Source of the DNA: an uncultured Nitrospiraceae bacterium
Lineage (GTDB): Bacteria; Nitrospirota; Thermodesulfovibrionia; Thermodesulfovibrionales; Dissulfurispiraceae
DNA: 64,000 bases
NCBI GenBank assembly: GCA_963736105.1
Contig: CAVTNL010000001.1
Span: 862,688-926,687, forward strand
Reading direction: 5' to 3'
The position numbers and the translations under genes were made by a program. The first letter of the stretch is position 1, and the number at the start of each line of letters is the position of its first letter. The notes beneath the pieces were generated by a model. It saw only the letters and a list, made by a program, of their open reading frames with translations. It ran no database searches and had not been told where the DNA came from. Positions 20,612-30,597 of the stretch are shown here, in pieces.

Positions 20612-20773
20612 TCATTTGGAATAGAATACATAAATCAACAAAAGAATGAAGATTAGAATGAGTAAAATTATTATGGACTTCCAGTTGAATCCCTGAGGCC
20701 TTTTGCAATGCGGGCACATCTCGCTATCCTTGTCTATCAGGGATCTACAATGTAAACATTCTTTCAGAGCCAT
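20612..20773 (-). CDS. Possible 53-aa tail-anchored zinc-ribbon protein (CxxC-x15-CxxC plus C-terminal TM helix)
   Basis: MALKECLHCRSLIDKDSEMCPHCKRPQGFNWKSIIILLILIFILLLIYVFYSK read from the minus strand. Below the ORF-track size cutoff. Confidence 0.3.
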   Translation of the reverse strand: MALKECLHCRSLIDKDSEMCPHCKRPQGFNWKSIIILLILIFILLLIYVFYSK

Positions 20774-21157
20774 CAGTGTCTTCTCCGGCACAAACTAATA
20801 ACTATGAAAGAAATTGTATCAAATAATCGCATATTAACAAAATGAAACGCCGTAGCCGATACGACAAGAGTTTTACAAAAGCATGTTTAATATTTCAGAT
20901 GATGCCATGCGCATCTCGCAAGGTAGTATTGAACATCGGCCCCAGTTGGCCTGACGTGTGGAGTAGAAATGGAAGGAGACAGGTTCAAAAAATCGAAACC
21001 GGTCTCGGGTATAGGAAGAAAGCTTGAGTAACGGATCATGTCGCTGCCGCGATGATTATAGGAGTAGAAATTATTCGAGACTCAAAAAGCTCTGCAGCCG
21101 TTCTAAATTAGTTTTAAAAGTGGTCTATACTGTCCTGTAATCCGGTTGCAGTGCCGA

Positions 21158-21853
21158 TTAAATATGTCCGCCATAGACAGTATCGCGGTATTCCACCCAG
21201 AAGATGGCAGAGTTTTTTAGGCCGGCCTCTTGCAGGATCTGCAGATCCTCCGCCAATCTAAGAGGCTGGTCAGCATCTCTTTTTTCTAGATCATCAAGAA
21301 ACCGTCGCGTCGAAATCCGATCGATAAATCTCGGGTCCTTTCCATTCGCACGGCTCACAATCCCGTCGACCCTCATTTCCTGAATGCGTTTTTCTATGAT
21401 AGGCGATTCAGCAACGTGGATATCCGCATTAATGATCCAGCCTGCAGGCCTCAGAATCCCAATGCAATCACTTACTACGGACAATTTGTCTCTACGCGTG
21501 AGGTGATGAAGAGTGTATGAAGAATAAATGACGTCGAAAATCTGAGACCCCACAAATTCTTTAAGGTTCCTGAAATCACCAATTTGAAAATTCACCCTGT
21601 TCGATAAAAGGCCAAGCCGCGTCTTTGCCAGATCGACCATTGCTCTGGCTCCGTCTATAGCGATTACCTTGCTGTTCGGGAAATGGTTGAGGAACCGCTC
21701 GGTAAAATAACCTGTTCCTATTCCGAGGTCAAACGCGACAAGAGCTGATTCCGGTGGGAAGGGGAGGATTTCAAGAGCTATCTGAACTGCTTTGCCTCGA
21801 TTAGGGTGCATCAGATCCATGTCTGTGTCATATGATGCAACACGCCGAGGCAA
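21158..21853 (-). CDS. Class I SAM-dependent methyltransferase
   Basis: Motif I VAFDLGIGTGYF and motif II-like regions; 231 aa. Confidence 0.75.
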   Translation of the reverse strand: MPRRVASYDTDMDLMHPNRGKAVQIALEILPFPPESALVAFDLGIGTGYFTERFLNHFPNSKVIAIDGARAMVDLAKTRLGLLSNRVNFQIGDFRNLKEFVGSQIFDVIYSSYTLHHLTRRDKLSVVSDCIGILRPAGWIINADIHVAESPIIEKRIQEMRVDGIVSRANGKDPRFIDRISTRRFLDDLEKRDADQPLRLAEDLQILQEAGLKNSAIFWVEYRDTVYGGHI

Positions 21854-21976
21854 AGCATAGGCTTTAAGACATAAAGCGGGAATTCCCGGTAATTGATTGC
21901 CGGGAAGAAAGCGCCGCTGTTGGTTATTACAGTTCTTATTCTTGACAAACGTCCAGAATTGCTTTTAGATAGGAAG

Positions 21977-23533
21977 ATGCTCGAGTTATCTAACGATACA
22001 CCTACACATACGCGTGCTAAGGGCACCAAGAGGCCCAAACATACTGTAGTCACCCGTGCGTTTGATTTCCCCATGGAGGTAAGCGCAAAGCAGGCTGACC
22101 GGCTGTGGATGTGGGTCGGCGCTTGCTGGCGACTGCGCAATGACCTGGTTGCCGATCGCGCTGACAACCGTACAGCGAATAAGCTTCTTAAGCAGCAAGG
22201 TGTGACGGACATTCACTATCTCACTCAACCAGACCAGTATACGGCCATTCACGAATACGTCCTGCACGACACTGCACTCTCTAAAGTCCACAGCCAGGTC
22301 AGACAGAATGTGGCTGTTAGAGTTGCTGAAGGGTATAAACGGTTCTTCGAAGCTCTCAAAGAAGGGAAGACTGATGTCCACCCGCCCAAGTTCATCGAGC
22401 GAAAGAAGTACCGCAGCATCACCTTCCCGCAGTACGGTCCTGCTGCAAAAATCAAAAACGGCAAGATGCATCTTTCGGGCCTCGGAGAGTTTCGGCTGTT
22501 CGACTACCGCAAGGTCAAGGGGAAACCCAAGACCGTTACGATCAAGTTCAAGCAGGGCAGGTGGCACTGCGTAGTTACAGCCGAGGCCCAGGAGAAAGAT
22601 GTTCTGGATATGCTTATCTCTTCGGACTTTCGTCCTGACGCTGGGGCAGACACCGGACTGACTGCCTTGCTGACAGATTCCGAAGGCATCAAGTACGATC
22701 CGCCAAAAGCTTGGTACGATTACCGCAGAGGACTCCGGTCTGCACAAAAGAAACTGTCCAGGCAGTTTGAAACGAGAGAACTTGGATACAAGAATCAGGT
22801 TGAACTGGCGAAAGCTGCCGGTCGGCCAATCTCAGCACTCAAGGACATCCCCTATTCCAACCGGCTGAAGGCCCAGATCAAGGTTGTTGCCAAGATACAT
22901 ACCAAGATAGAGCGCATCAGGGACCATCACCACAAGAAGAATGCTTCAGTTATTTCGAATCGGTACCGCAAGGTAGCTGTAGAGGAGCATTCCGTGGGTT
23001 TTATGATCCGCAACCGGAAGCTTGCGAAAGTGGCTTCCGATCGGGCAATCCACAAGCAAAAGCTCCTGCTCAAGAGCAAGCTTGGTAACAAGCGGTACAT
23101 TGCGGAGCCAAACCAGACGGAGAACGGCGGCAACTCACAGACCTGCACCTGTGGTGCTCATGTCCCGAAGGAACTTTCAGACAGGGTCCACCACTGTCCG
23201 GCATGCGGGCTTACTGCCGGTCGTGACCATGTAGCGGCCAATATCGTAACAATCATAGCATTCGGATTTGCAAGTCTTACCCTGGGAGCGGGGTCACACT
23301 CTCCGGAGGCCGGGCAGGTCTTCGTCAGACGTGGAGAGGACAAGGCACTGCGTGGCGAATGCCATCTGTGCGAGTCGGAGGTCATCCCGGCTTCAGAGTC
23401 CTCCTGGAAGCGTCAACTTCTACAGGCGCGGGGACAAAGTACCACGGATGGGGAACCTACCGTGGAAGGCAAGACTTGTGAGCATCTTCAGGACACTCCG
23501 GAGTTGCCACATGAGCCGCAATCAGTCTGCTAG
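21977..23533 (+). CDS. tnpB: TnpB (IS200/IS605-family OrfB; RuvC-like nuclease with C-terminal Zn finger). The ORF is 3'-extended and probably reads through the omega-RNA/right-end region.
   Basis: N-terminal VVTRAFDFPMEVSAKQADRLWMWVGACWRLRND (OrfB N-term). Zn finger CTCGAHVPKELSDRVHHCPACG. RuvC-III RDHVAANI. No adjacent tnpA. Confidence 0.75.
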   Translation: MLELSNDTPTHTRAKGTKRPKHTVVTRAFDFPMEVSAKQADRLWMWVGACWRLRNDLVADRADNRTANKLLKQQGVTDIHYLTQPDQYTAIHEYVLHDTALSKVHSQVRQNVAVRVAEGYKRFFEALKEGKTDVHPPKFIERKKYRSITFPQYGPAAKIKNGKMHLSGLGEFRLFDYRKVKGKPKTVTIKFKQGRWHCVVTAEAQEKDVLDMLISSDFRPDAGADTGLTALLTDSEGIKYDPPKAWYDYRRGLRSAQKKLSRQFETRELGYKNQVELAKAAGRPISALKDIPYSNRLKAQIKVVAKIHTKIERIRDHHHKKNASVISNRYRKVAVEEHSVGFMIRNRKLAKVASDRAIHKQKLLLKSKLGNKRYIAEPNQTENGGNSQTCTCGAHVPKELSDRVHHCPACGLTAGRDHVAANIVTIIAFGFASLTLGAGSHSPEAGQVFVRRGEDKALRGECHLCESEVIPASESSWKRQLLQARGQSTTDGEPTVEGKTCEHLQDTPELPHEPQSVC

Positions 23534-23650
23534 TGCAAAGCGCCAAGCGCGGAACCTGAGTTGTCTTCAGGGGATGCCCCTGATTTCAATCAGGGGAGGA
23601 TGTCACTGCTCCTCTGGTCCATCTTTTCATCCCTGGCTTATTTTGTATTA
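23230..23650 (+). ncRNA. Putative TnpB omega-RNA (reRNA) / IS right-end region; boundaries not determined
   Basis: In TnpB elements the omega-RNA overlaps the 3' end of tnpB. Here an atypical 100-aa ORF extension lies past the RuvC-III motif. Confidence 0.3.
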
Positions 23651-23967
23651 AACGAATGCTACTGTCAACTAATGAGCGTTAAAACTCGAAAGTACAGTAA
23701 TCTTACCATTTTAGGCGGCCCTATCGCGGCATATCGAATCCAAGTCAACAAAGTCATTTCGGGAGAATCTATGGAACAAGGCAGTAATTATTTTCAGAAA
23801 AATATCTGCCTCGGGTCGCATATGTCGCAATGGAGATTTTGAGTTGTCACCCTCAGTTCATCCAAATATTTCTTAGTCCGAATCAATGTGATTTAACACA
23901 CAGTCTCCAAGGGTCCTAAAGTAGTATCATGCAGAAGGATTGATGGATCCTGATTTGGGGGGATAGT

Positions 23968-24516
23968 ATGAACTCTTCAGTTGTCATTATTGCATTATTA
24001 ATATTTTCTCTGTTATATGGTTGTAATCACGAACCTGTACGTGATAGCTATGATGAGCCACTGCACTTGTCGGGAGATGCAACTCGTGACTCTTATCAGA
24101 CGATCGAGAAGGCTGTGTTTTACAAAGATCTTCTGTCGCAGATTAATCGCTATAGAGCGCACAACGGGCTGAAAACCCTTGCCTTCGACAAGAAACTAAC
24201 AGCAATCGCCAAGAACCACAGCGTTGAGATGAGCAAGAGTCGAGTGCTCAGCCATAACAATTTTGATCAGCGGTACGACCAATCTAGACATACTAGCTGC
24301 GTTGAGAATATCGCAAAAGGCTACAGCAACCCTAAAGAACTGTTCTTGGCTTGGAAGAATTCGAAAGGACACGACAAGAATATGTTATCCAAAGACATTC
24401 AGATAGCTGGAATCTCAATGAATGGGCTATATGTAACATTTTTTGCCTGCAACACTCAAATAAAAACACACGCTGTCGGCCAACGAGTTGCATATGATGA
24501 TCATAAAAAAGATTGA
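23968..24516 (+). CDS. CAP-domain (SCP/PR-1-like) lipoprotein
   Basis: Lipobox LLYGC; CAP signature residues (HN..R..H, H.H, EN, W..S.GH..NML). Confidence 0.6.
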   Translation: MNSSVVIIALLIFSLLYGCNHEPVRDSYDEPLHLSGDATRDSYQTIEKAVFYKDLLSQINRYRAHNGLKTLAFDKKLTAIAKNHSVEMSKSRVLSHNNFDQRYDQSRHTSCVENIAKGYSNPKELFLAWKNSKGHDKNMLSKDIQIAGISMNGLYVTFFACNTQIKTHAVGQRVAYDDHKKD

Positions 24517-25262
24517 TTCCACTTCGCTATCGATTTAACGCCTCTTTGATAGACCTAGTATGCTGCTGATTCTTATAAAAATACGCGGAGTTAAGAAGAT
24601 TCTGACTCTGTTTGACAACGGAATGACTTCCGATAATTAGATTCCGCAAACTATTGATAATACCTCTTCTCTAAGGTCGGGCGTTTTTATAATAATGGAA
24701 TTGATTGTCGTCGGATTGCCTAATTATTTCCTGCGGTTTGGGAGCCGCGCTCTGCAAAACGAGGCTGCTTCCTTCGGTGCGGAAAATGGTTTGCTGGGTT
24801 TGGGATTATTATGGCAGTATGCATTTTCGGAAATAAGCATCTTATCCGCCAATTCACCAGTTTATTAGCAGTATATGCGCCAATTCCTTGCAGAGTTATG
24901 CGCCAAAATAGATCGCAAGTCGTTGGTTTCCCTAGAGGTGAAATTGCAACTTATGCGCAATCCCATAGATGATTCTGTTTTATCTTAGAAGCTGCAATTT
25001 GTGCCATTAAAACTGCAATTAGTAACATTGAAATAGCTAGAGCATTAAGTGGGATGGTAGCGACAGCTGTCTGCATTGTCTTTTGCATAGTGGCAAAGCA
25101 GCGCGTAAGTGATATTTGTACTGAACAAAAGATGTGTTTTGATGGGGTGCTCAAGGTTTGGAGTTATGGCAGCAACGGTCTGAAATCTATTATAAACTTG
25201 TGCTATGATTGTGGAAAGGATTGAGCATATTGGCATATGTGAAATGAAAAGCGACTATTAAG

Positions 25263-28200
25263 ATGCTTCTTCGCGACAAAACACAGCGTCTATTTGAGTA
25301 TATCAGCCAAGTATATGCGATTGATCTGCCTATCAACCGGGATGTACGTAAATACGGGAATGAACTTTGGTGGCAATCTGATATCATCTCCTCAGCACAA
25401 TGTAAAATTAAGAATTTTATCGAAAGCACCAATGCAATAAGCGATGAGCAGAGTGATGAATTAGCCGATGAAAAATGGCTCTCTGTTACAAAACGTTCCT
25501 ATGATGAACCTCCTCAGTTACCTTCAATCATAAGAGAGTGGGTTGACCTTTCTCCCATTCCTTCAAAAATCCCGGCACCAAAGCCTTCAATCCCGAAGGT
25601 AATATCTTTTGATTCAGACTCCCGACGAACAGATGCTTTTAAAAGATATGCGGAATCTCTGAGAATCTGGAAAGCAGCGGGAAAGGGGAAGACAACCCCT
25701 CCGATACCGGAAAGCCTTCGTGGTTGGATTGATTTATCACAATTGGCTAAACCTCCTTTCAATTTAGCGTCTTTTGACAAACGTGAAATTATCCAGCAGT
25801 TCGAGGATGATAAGAACAGAGTCGAGGCACTGAAGAATTATATTGAAGGGCCTTGGATACTATGGTCCGAGAGGGTACTACCTCTTTTTAAAGCAAATAT
25901 GCTGTACGATCAACTTTTCTCGCTCTACCAGAGACTGAGCGTGGAGGGTGACCGTATCGAGATTGTTTGGGGACATCTTTTCCTGTCGTGGCATCACAGC
26001 GCTGACAACGATATATATCATCCTTTAGTAGTTACCCCGATGAACTTGCATTTTGAACCCATACACCGAACTATTAGCTTAGCTCCGAGTCAGACCATTT
26101 CAACAAAGTTGGATTTAGATTGCCTTACTAACCTTGACTACCCGTCTAAAGATAAACTCATAAAGTATGCAAGAATAGTAAATGCTGGTGAACCAGTGGT
26201 CGACAGCGGGGATATGTCACTCGATGCTTGGAACCATACTCAAATGCGATGGTGTTCCGCCACTATTACCGGATTTCTAAGCAATGAAAGTGCTGATAAA
26301 TCGAATTTATACGTGGCAAATGATATGCTGCGTCCACCGACGACGGACTATCCTGCAATTTACAACGCACCGGTGATTTTTATTCGTGAGCGTACTCGCC
26401 GATTGTGGGTAGACGATGCTAAGAAAGTGGCGGAGGCTGTCCAAAACGGTTCAGAGATTCCGCCCTTTATTGGTTCTCTTACGGCAGATCCGCAGACTAG
26501 CGAACTGCCAAATCCTGATGATTACAAAGACTACACAGGCAAAGACGAAGATGAAGGTGAACATTTATTACCGCTTCTTTACAACGACCAGCAAGAGGAA
26601 ATCGTTAAAAAATTAAAGGGACATTATGGGGTCCTTGTTCAAGGCCCGCCAGGGACAGGAAAGAGCCACACAATAGCAAACATCGTCAGTTCATTACTTG
26701 CACGCGGGAAACGAGTGCTAGTAACTAGTCAAACGGAGAATGCCCTAAAAGTATTGCGAGACTATATTCCCCCGGAGATTAGAAGCCTTTGTGTCAGCCA
26801 ATTGGGAAATGATACTGAGTCCAAAAGGCAGCTCGGGGAGGCGGTCGAGTCGATTGGCAATCACATGTCAGAAAAGGACAGTTCGGCAGTAGAACAGAAA
26901 ATACAACAATTAAAAGAAGAACTGAGAATGTTACGGGAAGAGCAGGCTCAACTTCGCAACAAGATAAAGGATTGGGTAAAAATAGATTCCTGGCATGTAC
27001 AAATAGGTGAGGAGATTGTCAGTGCGTATGCGGCTGCACGATACTGTGCGGAAAATGTGTCAGAGCACGCCTGGTTCCCCGATAGCCTTTCACCGGAAAC
27101 TGAGCCTCCATCAAATAACGAGGAATTGATAGAGATGTGTTCTCTGGTTAAGGAGCTATCACCAGCGGATAGAAAGGCCTGGGGACAGTACCTTCCTGAT
27201 CCAACCAATCTTCTGCAGCCTAAAGATTTTGCAGAAAAGATTTCTGAACTTAAGGCTCTTTTAGAGCTTTTAGTCGAATCAGAGAATTTAAGAGATCACT
27301 GGGATGAGAGAATAAATAAAACAGAACAGCAAGATGTTAAAAAGATAATCTCGATACTAGAAGCAGCCTTGTCCGAATTTGAAAAGATGAAAGATTCTTG
27401 GCAATTCAAGATCTTGGAACTGATAACTACAGAAAAGAACCAGCATGATTATTGGCAGAATGTATTACAGATGTGTGAGAATTATCGTAATTCTGCGTGG
27501 CAGTCTTACCAGCTGATTCAGGATTGCCAAATCGAAATTGGTGGACTATCGCCCGATTTAGAAGTGAATGCTGCGCTTGAGGAACTGGATAGACTCATCT
27601 CAAAGGGCAGAAAGCCAACTGGTCTGATAGCTAAGTTAACGCTTTCAAAGGCTGCCAAGGAAGTCTTTCGTAAAGTAAAGGTTGATGGACGTCAGCTACT
27701 CACTTCCGAAAGAGTAAAAGTCGCCAAAGCACATTGCTCGTATACGTCTCAAATCACGAAAATATACACTGTATGGGAGAAAACTATCGGTGCTGTTGAT
27801 GGATGTGTTTTAGACCGAGGGAACTTGATGCCTCTAGCCGAAATAGATGAAAAGATAAAGTGGTTACGTTACCCTCTTCAATGGAAGAACGGTCATTATA
27901 GGACTCTGGAGAGTGTCCTGACACATGCTGGATGTCAAGAACAGGCTTTCTATACGCATGAGGTTCTCGTCAGTGCTCTTAAAGTATTGAAGAGCCGGCA
28001 AGCTGAAATAGCACAGCAGGCTATCGAGGAGAAGCTGTCAGAATACGCAAGTTTTCTTGCAAATGAGTCCAAAAAAGAGAATGCCCACGTGCTATGGCAG
28101 ATGCTTTCCGAAGCTGTTAGGAGGCGCTCACTTGTTGAATACGTGCAAGCCTATGATGAGTCGGTGCGACTCCTACGTGTTGGCAAAAAGGTAAGGAGGC

Positions 28201-29945
28201 TCGAAAAGCTAGCTGGTAGACTTAGCAACGTTGCCCCGAAGTGGTGTGACTCGCTTTTTGAAAAGGCACTTGAAATCGGTTCCAATGCTTTGGAAAAGGA
28301 TTGGTTACTAGCATGGAAATGGCGTCGGCTGGATGAATGGCTAAGCAGTCTTCACAATAGAGAAAGTGTAGAAAGTCTCCAGAACAAATTGGAAAGAGCG
28401 AGAAAAAAGGAAAGCGCCTTACTAGTGCATCTGGTTAAAGAAAGAACTTGGCAGAGGCAGCTCGCAAACGTAAAGGAATATCACTACAGGTCCCTAACAA
28501 CATGGGCAAATGCAATGCGCCTTTACGGAAAAGGAACTGGCAAGAATGCTCAACGTTATCTATTAGCGGCAACGAAGGCTATGGCAGATGCGGTTGGTGC
28601 GGTACCAGCATGGGTCATGCCGCTACATAGAGTGGTGCAATCATTCCCTGCAGAACCCGGTGTTTTTGACGTGATCATTGTTGATGAGTCGAGTCAGTGT
28701 GATCTAAGAGCTTTGCCAGTTTTGTTTAGGGGAAAGAAAGTATTGGTTGTTGGCGACCCGGAACAAATAAGTCCGTCTCATGTTGGGATTGAAAGAGACA
28801 AGGTTTTTCAACTGAACAGACACTATCTCTCTGATATACCCAACTCCGATATAACATTTGTAATTGACAATAGCCTTTACAACATTACAGAAGTTATGGG
28901 CATAAGCCGCACTCTTCTTACCGAACATTTTCGCTGCGTGCCACATATTATTGGATTCAATAATCATTTATGCCCAAGTTATGCTGGCAAACTCGAACCC
29001 TTACGTCAACCAAACCCACAAGAGATGCTTGAACCTGCTATTGTTACTAAATTCGTAGAAAAAGGGTTTAAAGATAACAATGATGTAAATAGGCCAGAAG
29101 CAGAAGTCTTAGTCGAGGAATTGATGAATTGTTGCAAGAATGATCTTTATTCAAGTGGGGGTAAGGACAATCGGAAACGGACAATGGGGGTTATATCGCT
29201 TCTTGGAGAGAAACAAGCAAAGTATATTTCGGAACTTATTGCGGAGAGGCTTGATGAGACTGAAAGAGCAGAACGCAGAATTATATGCGGTGACGCTTAT
29301 GCTTTTCAGGGGGATGAACGAGATGTTATGTTCCTTTCGTTGGTGGTTGCGCCGAATGCACCATTTGCCTCGCTGGTAAGAGATGCGGATAGACAGAGGT
29401 TCAATGTTGCTACAAGCAGAGCGAGAGACCAGGTGCATCTTTTTCATTCTGCTAGGTTAGATGATATAAAGAATCCATCATGTGTCAGGTATAAGTTGCT
29501 GAGTTGGTATCTGAACCCCCCGATAGCAGAGATGACTGCTGGAATTGAGATATTAAAGAAAAGAGCAGAAAGTGAATTCGAGATCGAAGTTGGCGGGCGT
29601 ATAATAAGTAGGGGTTACAAGGTCATTCCACAGTTTTGCCCATTCCCAAGTGATTTCAATTATCGGATTGATCTAGTTGTCCAAGGGGATACGACTCGTG
29701 TGGCTGTTGAATGCGATGGTGACCGTTGGCATGGAAGTGACAGCTGGGAATATGACCAGCGCAGAGAAGCACAGTTACGACGTGCGGGTTGGAAATTTTG
29801 GAGGATAAGCGGAAGTTTCTTCTACCGAAATAAGGGAAAGTCATTAGATGCGCTCTGGAAGTTCTTAGAGGAAGAAGGCGTTAACCCAATTTCTTTGAAA
29901 ACGGAAGGAGATTATCCACGGACTGCGAATCAAGAAAAGGAGTAG
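25263..29945 (+). CDS. Large (1560 aa) SF1 DNA2/Upf1-like helicase with an unassigned N-terminal region (DUF4011-like) and a C-terminal DUF559-like PD-(D/E)xK endonuclease domain
   Basis: Walker A VQGPPGTGKSHT (about aa 461). Motif II VIIVDESSQCD (about aa 1136). Motif III VVGDPEQISP. Motif V GDAYAFQGDERDVMFLSL. Motif VI NVATSRARDQVHLF. C-terminal YRIDLVVQGDTTRVAVECDGDRWHG...EYDQRREAQLRRAGWKFWRI. About 680-aa coiled-coil-rich insert between motifs I and II. Confidence 0.8.
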   Translation: MLLRDKTQRLFEYISQVYAIDLPINRDVRKYGNELWWQSDIISSAQCKIKNFIESTNAISDEQSDELADEKWLSVTKRSYDEPPQLPSIIREWVDLSPIPSKIPAPKPSIPKVISFDSDSRRTDAFKRYAESLRIWKAAGKGKTTPPIPESLRGWIDLSQLAKPPFNLASFDKREIIQQFEDDKNRVEALKNYIEGPWILWSERVLPLFKANMLYDQLFSLYQRLSVEGDRIEIVWGHLFLSWHHSADNDIYHPLVVTPMNLHFEPIHRTISLAPSQTISTKLDLDCLTNLDYPSKDKLIKYARIVNAGEPVVDSGDMSLDAWNHTQMRWCSATITGFLSNESADKSNLYVANDMLRPPTTDYPAIYNAPVIFIRERTRRLWVDDAKKVAEAVQNGSEIPPFIGSLTADPQTSELPNPDDYKDYTGKDEDEGEHLLPLLYNDQQEEIVKKLKGHYGVLVQGPPGTGKSHTIANIVSSLLARGKRVLVTSQTENALKVLRDYIPPEIRSLCVSQLGNDTESKRQLGEAVESIGNHMSEKDSSAVEQKIQQLKEELRMLREEQAQLRNKIKDWVKIDSWHVQIGEEIVSAYAAARYCAENVSEHAWFPDSLSPETEPPSNNEELIEMCSLVKELSPADRKAWGQYLPDPTNLLQPKDFAEKISELKALLELLVESENLRDHWDERINKTEQQDVKKIISILEAALSEFEKMKDSWQFKILELITTEKNQHDYWQNVLQMCENYRNSAWQSYQLIQDCQIEIGGLSPDLEVNAALEELDRLISKGRKPTGLIAKLTLSKAAKEVFRKVKVDGRQLLTSERVKVAKAHCSYTSQITKIYTVWEKTIGAVDGCVLDRGNLMPLAEIDEKIKWLRYPLQWKNGHYRTLESVLTHAGCQEQAFYTHEVLVSALKVLKSRQAEIAQQAIEEKLSEYASFLANESKKENAHVLWQMLSEAVRRRSLVEYVQAYDESVRLLRVGKKVRRLEKLAGRLSNVAPKWCDSLFEKALEIGSNALEKDWLLAWKWRRLDEWLSSLHNRESVESLQNKLERARKKESALLVHLVKERTWQRQLANVKEYHYRSLTTWANAMRLYGKGTGKNAQRYLLAATKAMADAVGAVPAWVMPLHRVVQSFPAEPGVFDVIIVDESSQCDLRALPVLFRGKKVLVVGDPEQISPSHVGIERDKVFQLNRHYLSDIPNSDITFVIDNSLYNITEVMGISRTLLTEHFRCVPHIIGFNNHLCPSYAGKLEPLRQPNPQEMLEPAIVTKFVEKGFKDNNDVNRPEAEVLVEELMNCCKNDLYSSGGKDNRKRTMGVISLLGEKQAKYISELIAERLDETERAERRIICGDAYAFQGDERDVMFLSLVVAPNAPFASLVRDADRQRFNVATSRARDQVHLFHSARLDDIKNPSCVRYKLLSWYLNPPIAEMTAGIEILKKRAESEFEIEVGGRIISRGYKVIPQFCPFPSDFNYRIDLVVQGDTTRVAVECDGDRWHGSDSWEYDQRREAQLRRAGWKFWRISGSFFYRNKGKSLDALWKFLEEEGVNPISLKTEGDYPRTANQEKE

Positions 29946-30267
29946 CGATTAGGACAAGATTCCTCTAAGGCGGAACCGGATGGCAAGGACGGCTTTACTG
30001 AAGATGGGTTTGATGCAATTGATAGAACTGAGAGCGAAATCATCAGGATTTTACGGAAAAAGGTCCAATGCCAGTCAACAAGATTGCTCAGGAATTGAGC
30101 ATTTGTTGACAAAAAACTGACGGGATCTATTCCATGTCGCTATCATTGCGGTTGCCAGATCCATGCGGCTGTCGAACTTCCTACTTATGCTCATCGCCTT
30201 AGCGATAGGCTGATTATGCGAGCTTTCTACCGGCAATCATCGGCTGTACTGGGATATATATAACGTG

Positions 30268-30597
30268 TCACAAGTTTCTAATATATCGAAGAGTCAAAAA
30301 TATATTGATTGCTAAGGGTAGGCCAAATGCAGCCAGATGAACTGCCCAGATAGAGAAATTGTTCTGCGCTGATTTACTGTATGGAAGCAAAGTTGCCGTG
30401 CTCAGATAGATGAGGCTGGAAAGTGTGAGCATCCATCCACCAAATCTATTGGCAGAATACCAGACCCGATCGTCTGCCATGGTTTTAGCTGTTCGGATAC
30501 CGTACCAACGATTCTTCGGAACCACACCTAGAATGAGCGGTATCGAGGCAACTAAGAAAATTACAGCCGGCACGATGAACGGTGAATGAATCATCAT
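30268..30597 (-). CDS. SdpI/YhfL-family membrane protein (immunity-protein-like)
   Basis: VPKNRWYGIRTAKTMADDRVWYSANRFGGW matches the SdpI consensus (PxNxWxGxRT...W). About 3 TM helices. Confidence 0.5.
   Translation of the reverse strand: MMIHSPFIVPAVIFLVASIPLILGVVPKNRWYGIRTAKTMADDRVWYSANRFGGWMLTLSSLIYLSTATLLPYSKSAQNNFSIWAVHLAAFGLPLAINIFLTLRYIRNL

Noticed and set aside
24951-25236. Two overlapping minus-strand ORFs (67 and 63 aa) in the AT-rich region upstream of the helicase gene
   Set aside because: They overlap each other in different frames and lie in an 0.7-kb AT-rich probable promoter region with no motifs. Treated as noise, although one has a TM-like stretch.
29943-29945. Possibility that the TAG ending the helicase ORF is decoded (for example as pyrrolysine), extending the protein
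   Set aside because: No pyl genes or other in-frame TAG codons are evident in the window. The downstream frame also needs a frameshift at an A5 run to continue. A degraded C-terminal domain or homopolymer error is the simpler reading.
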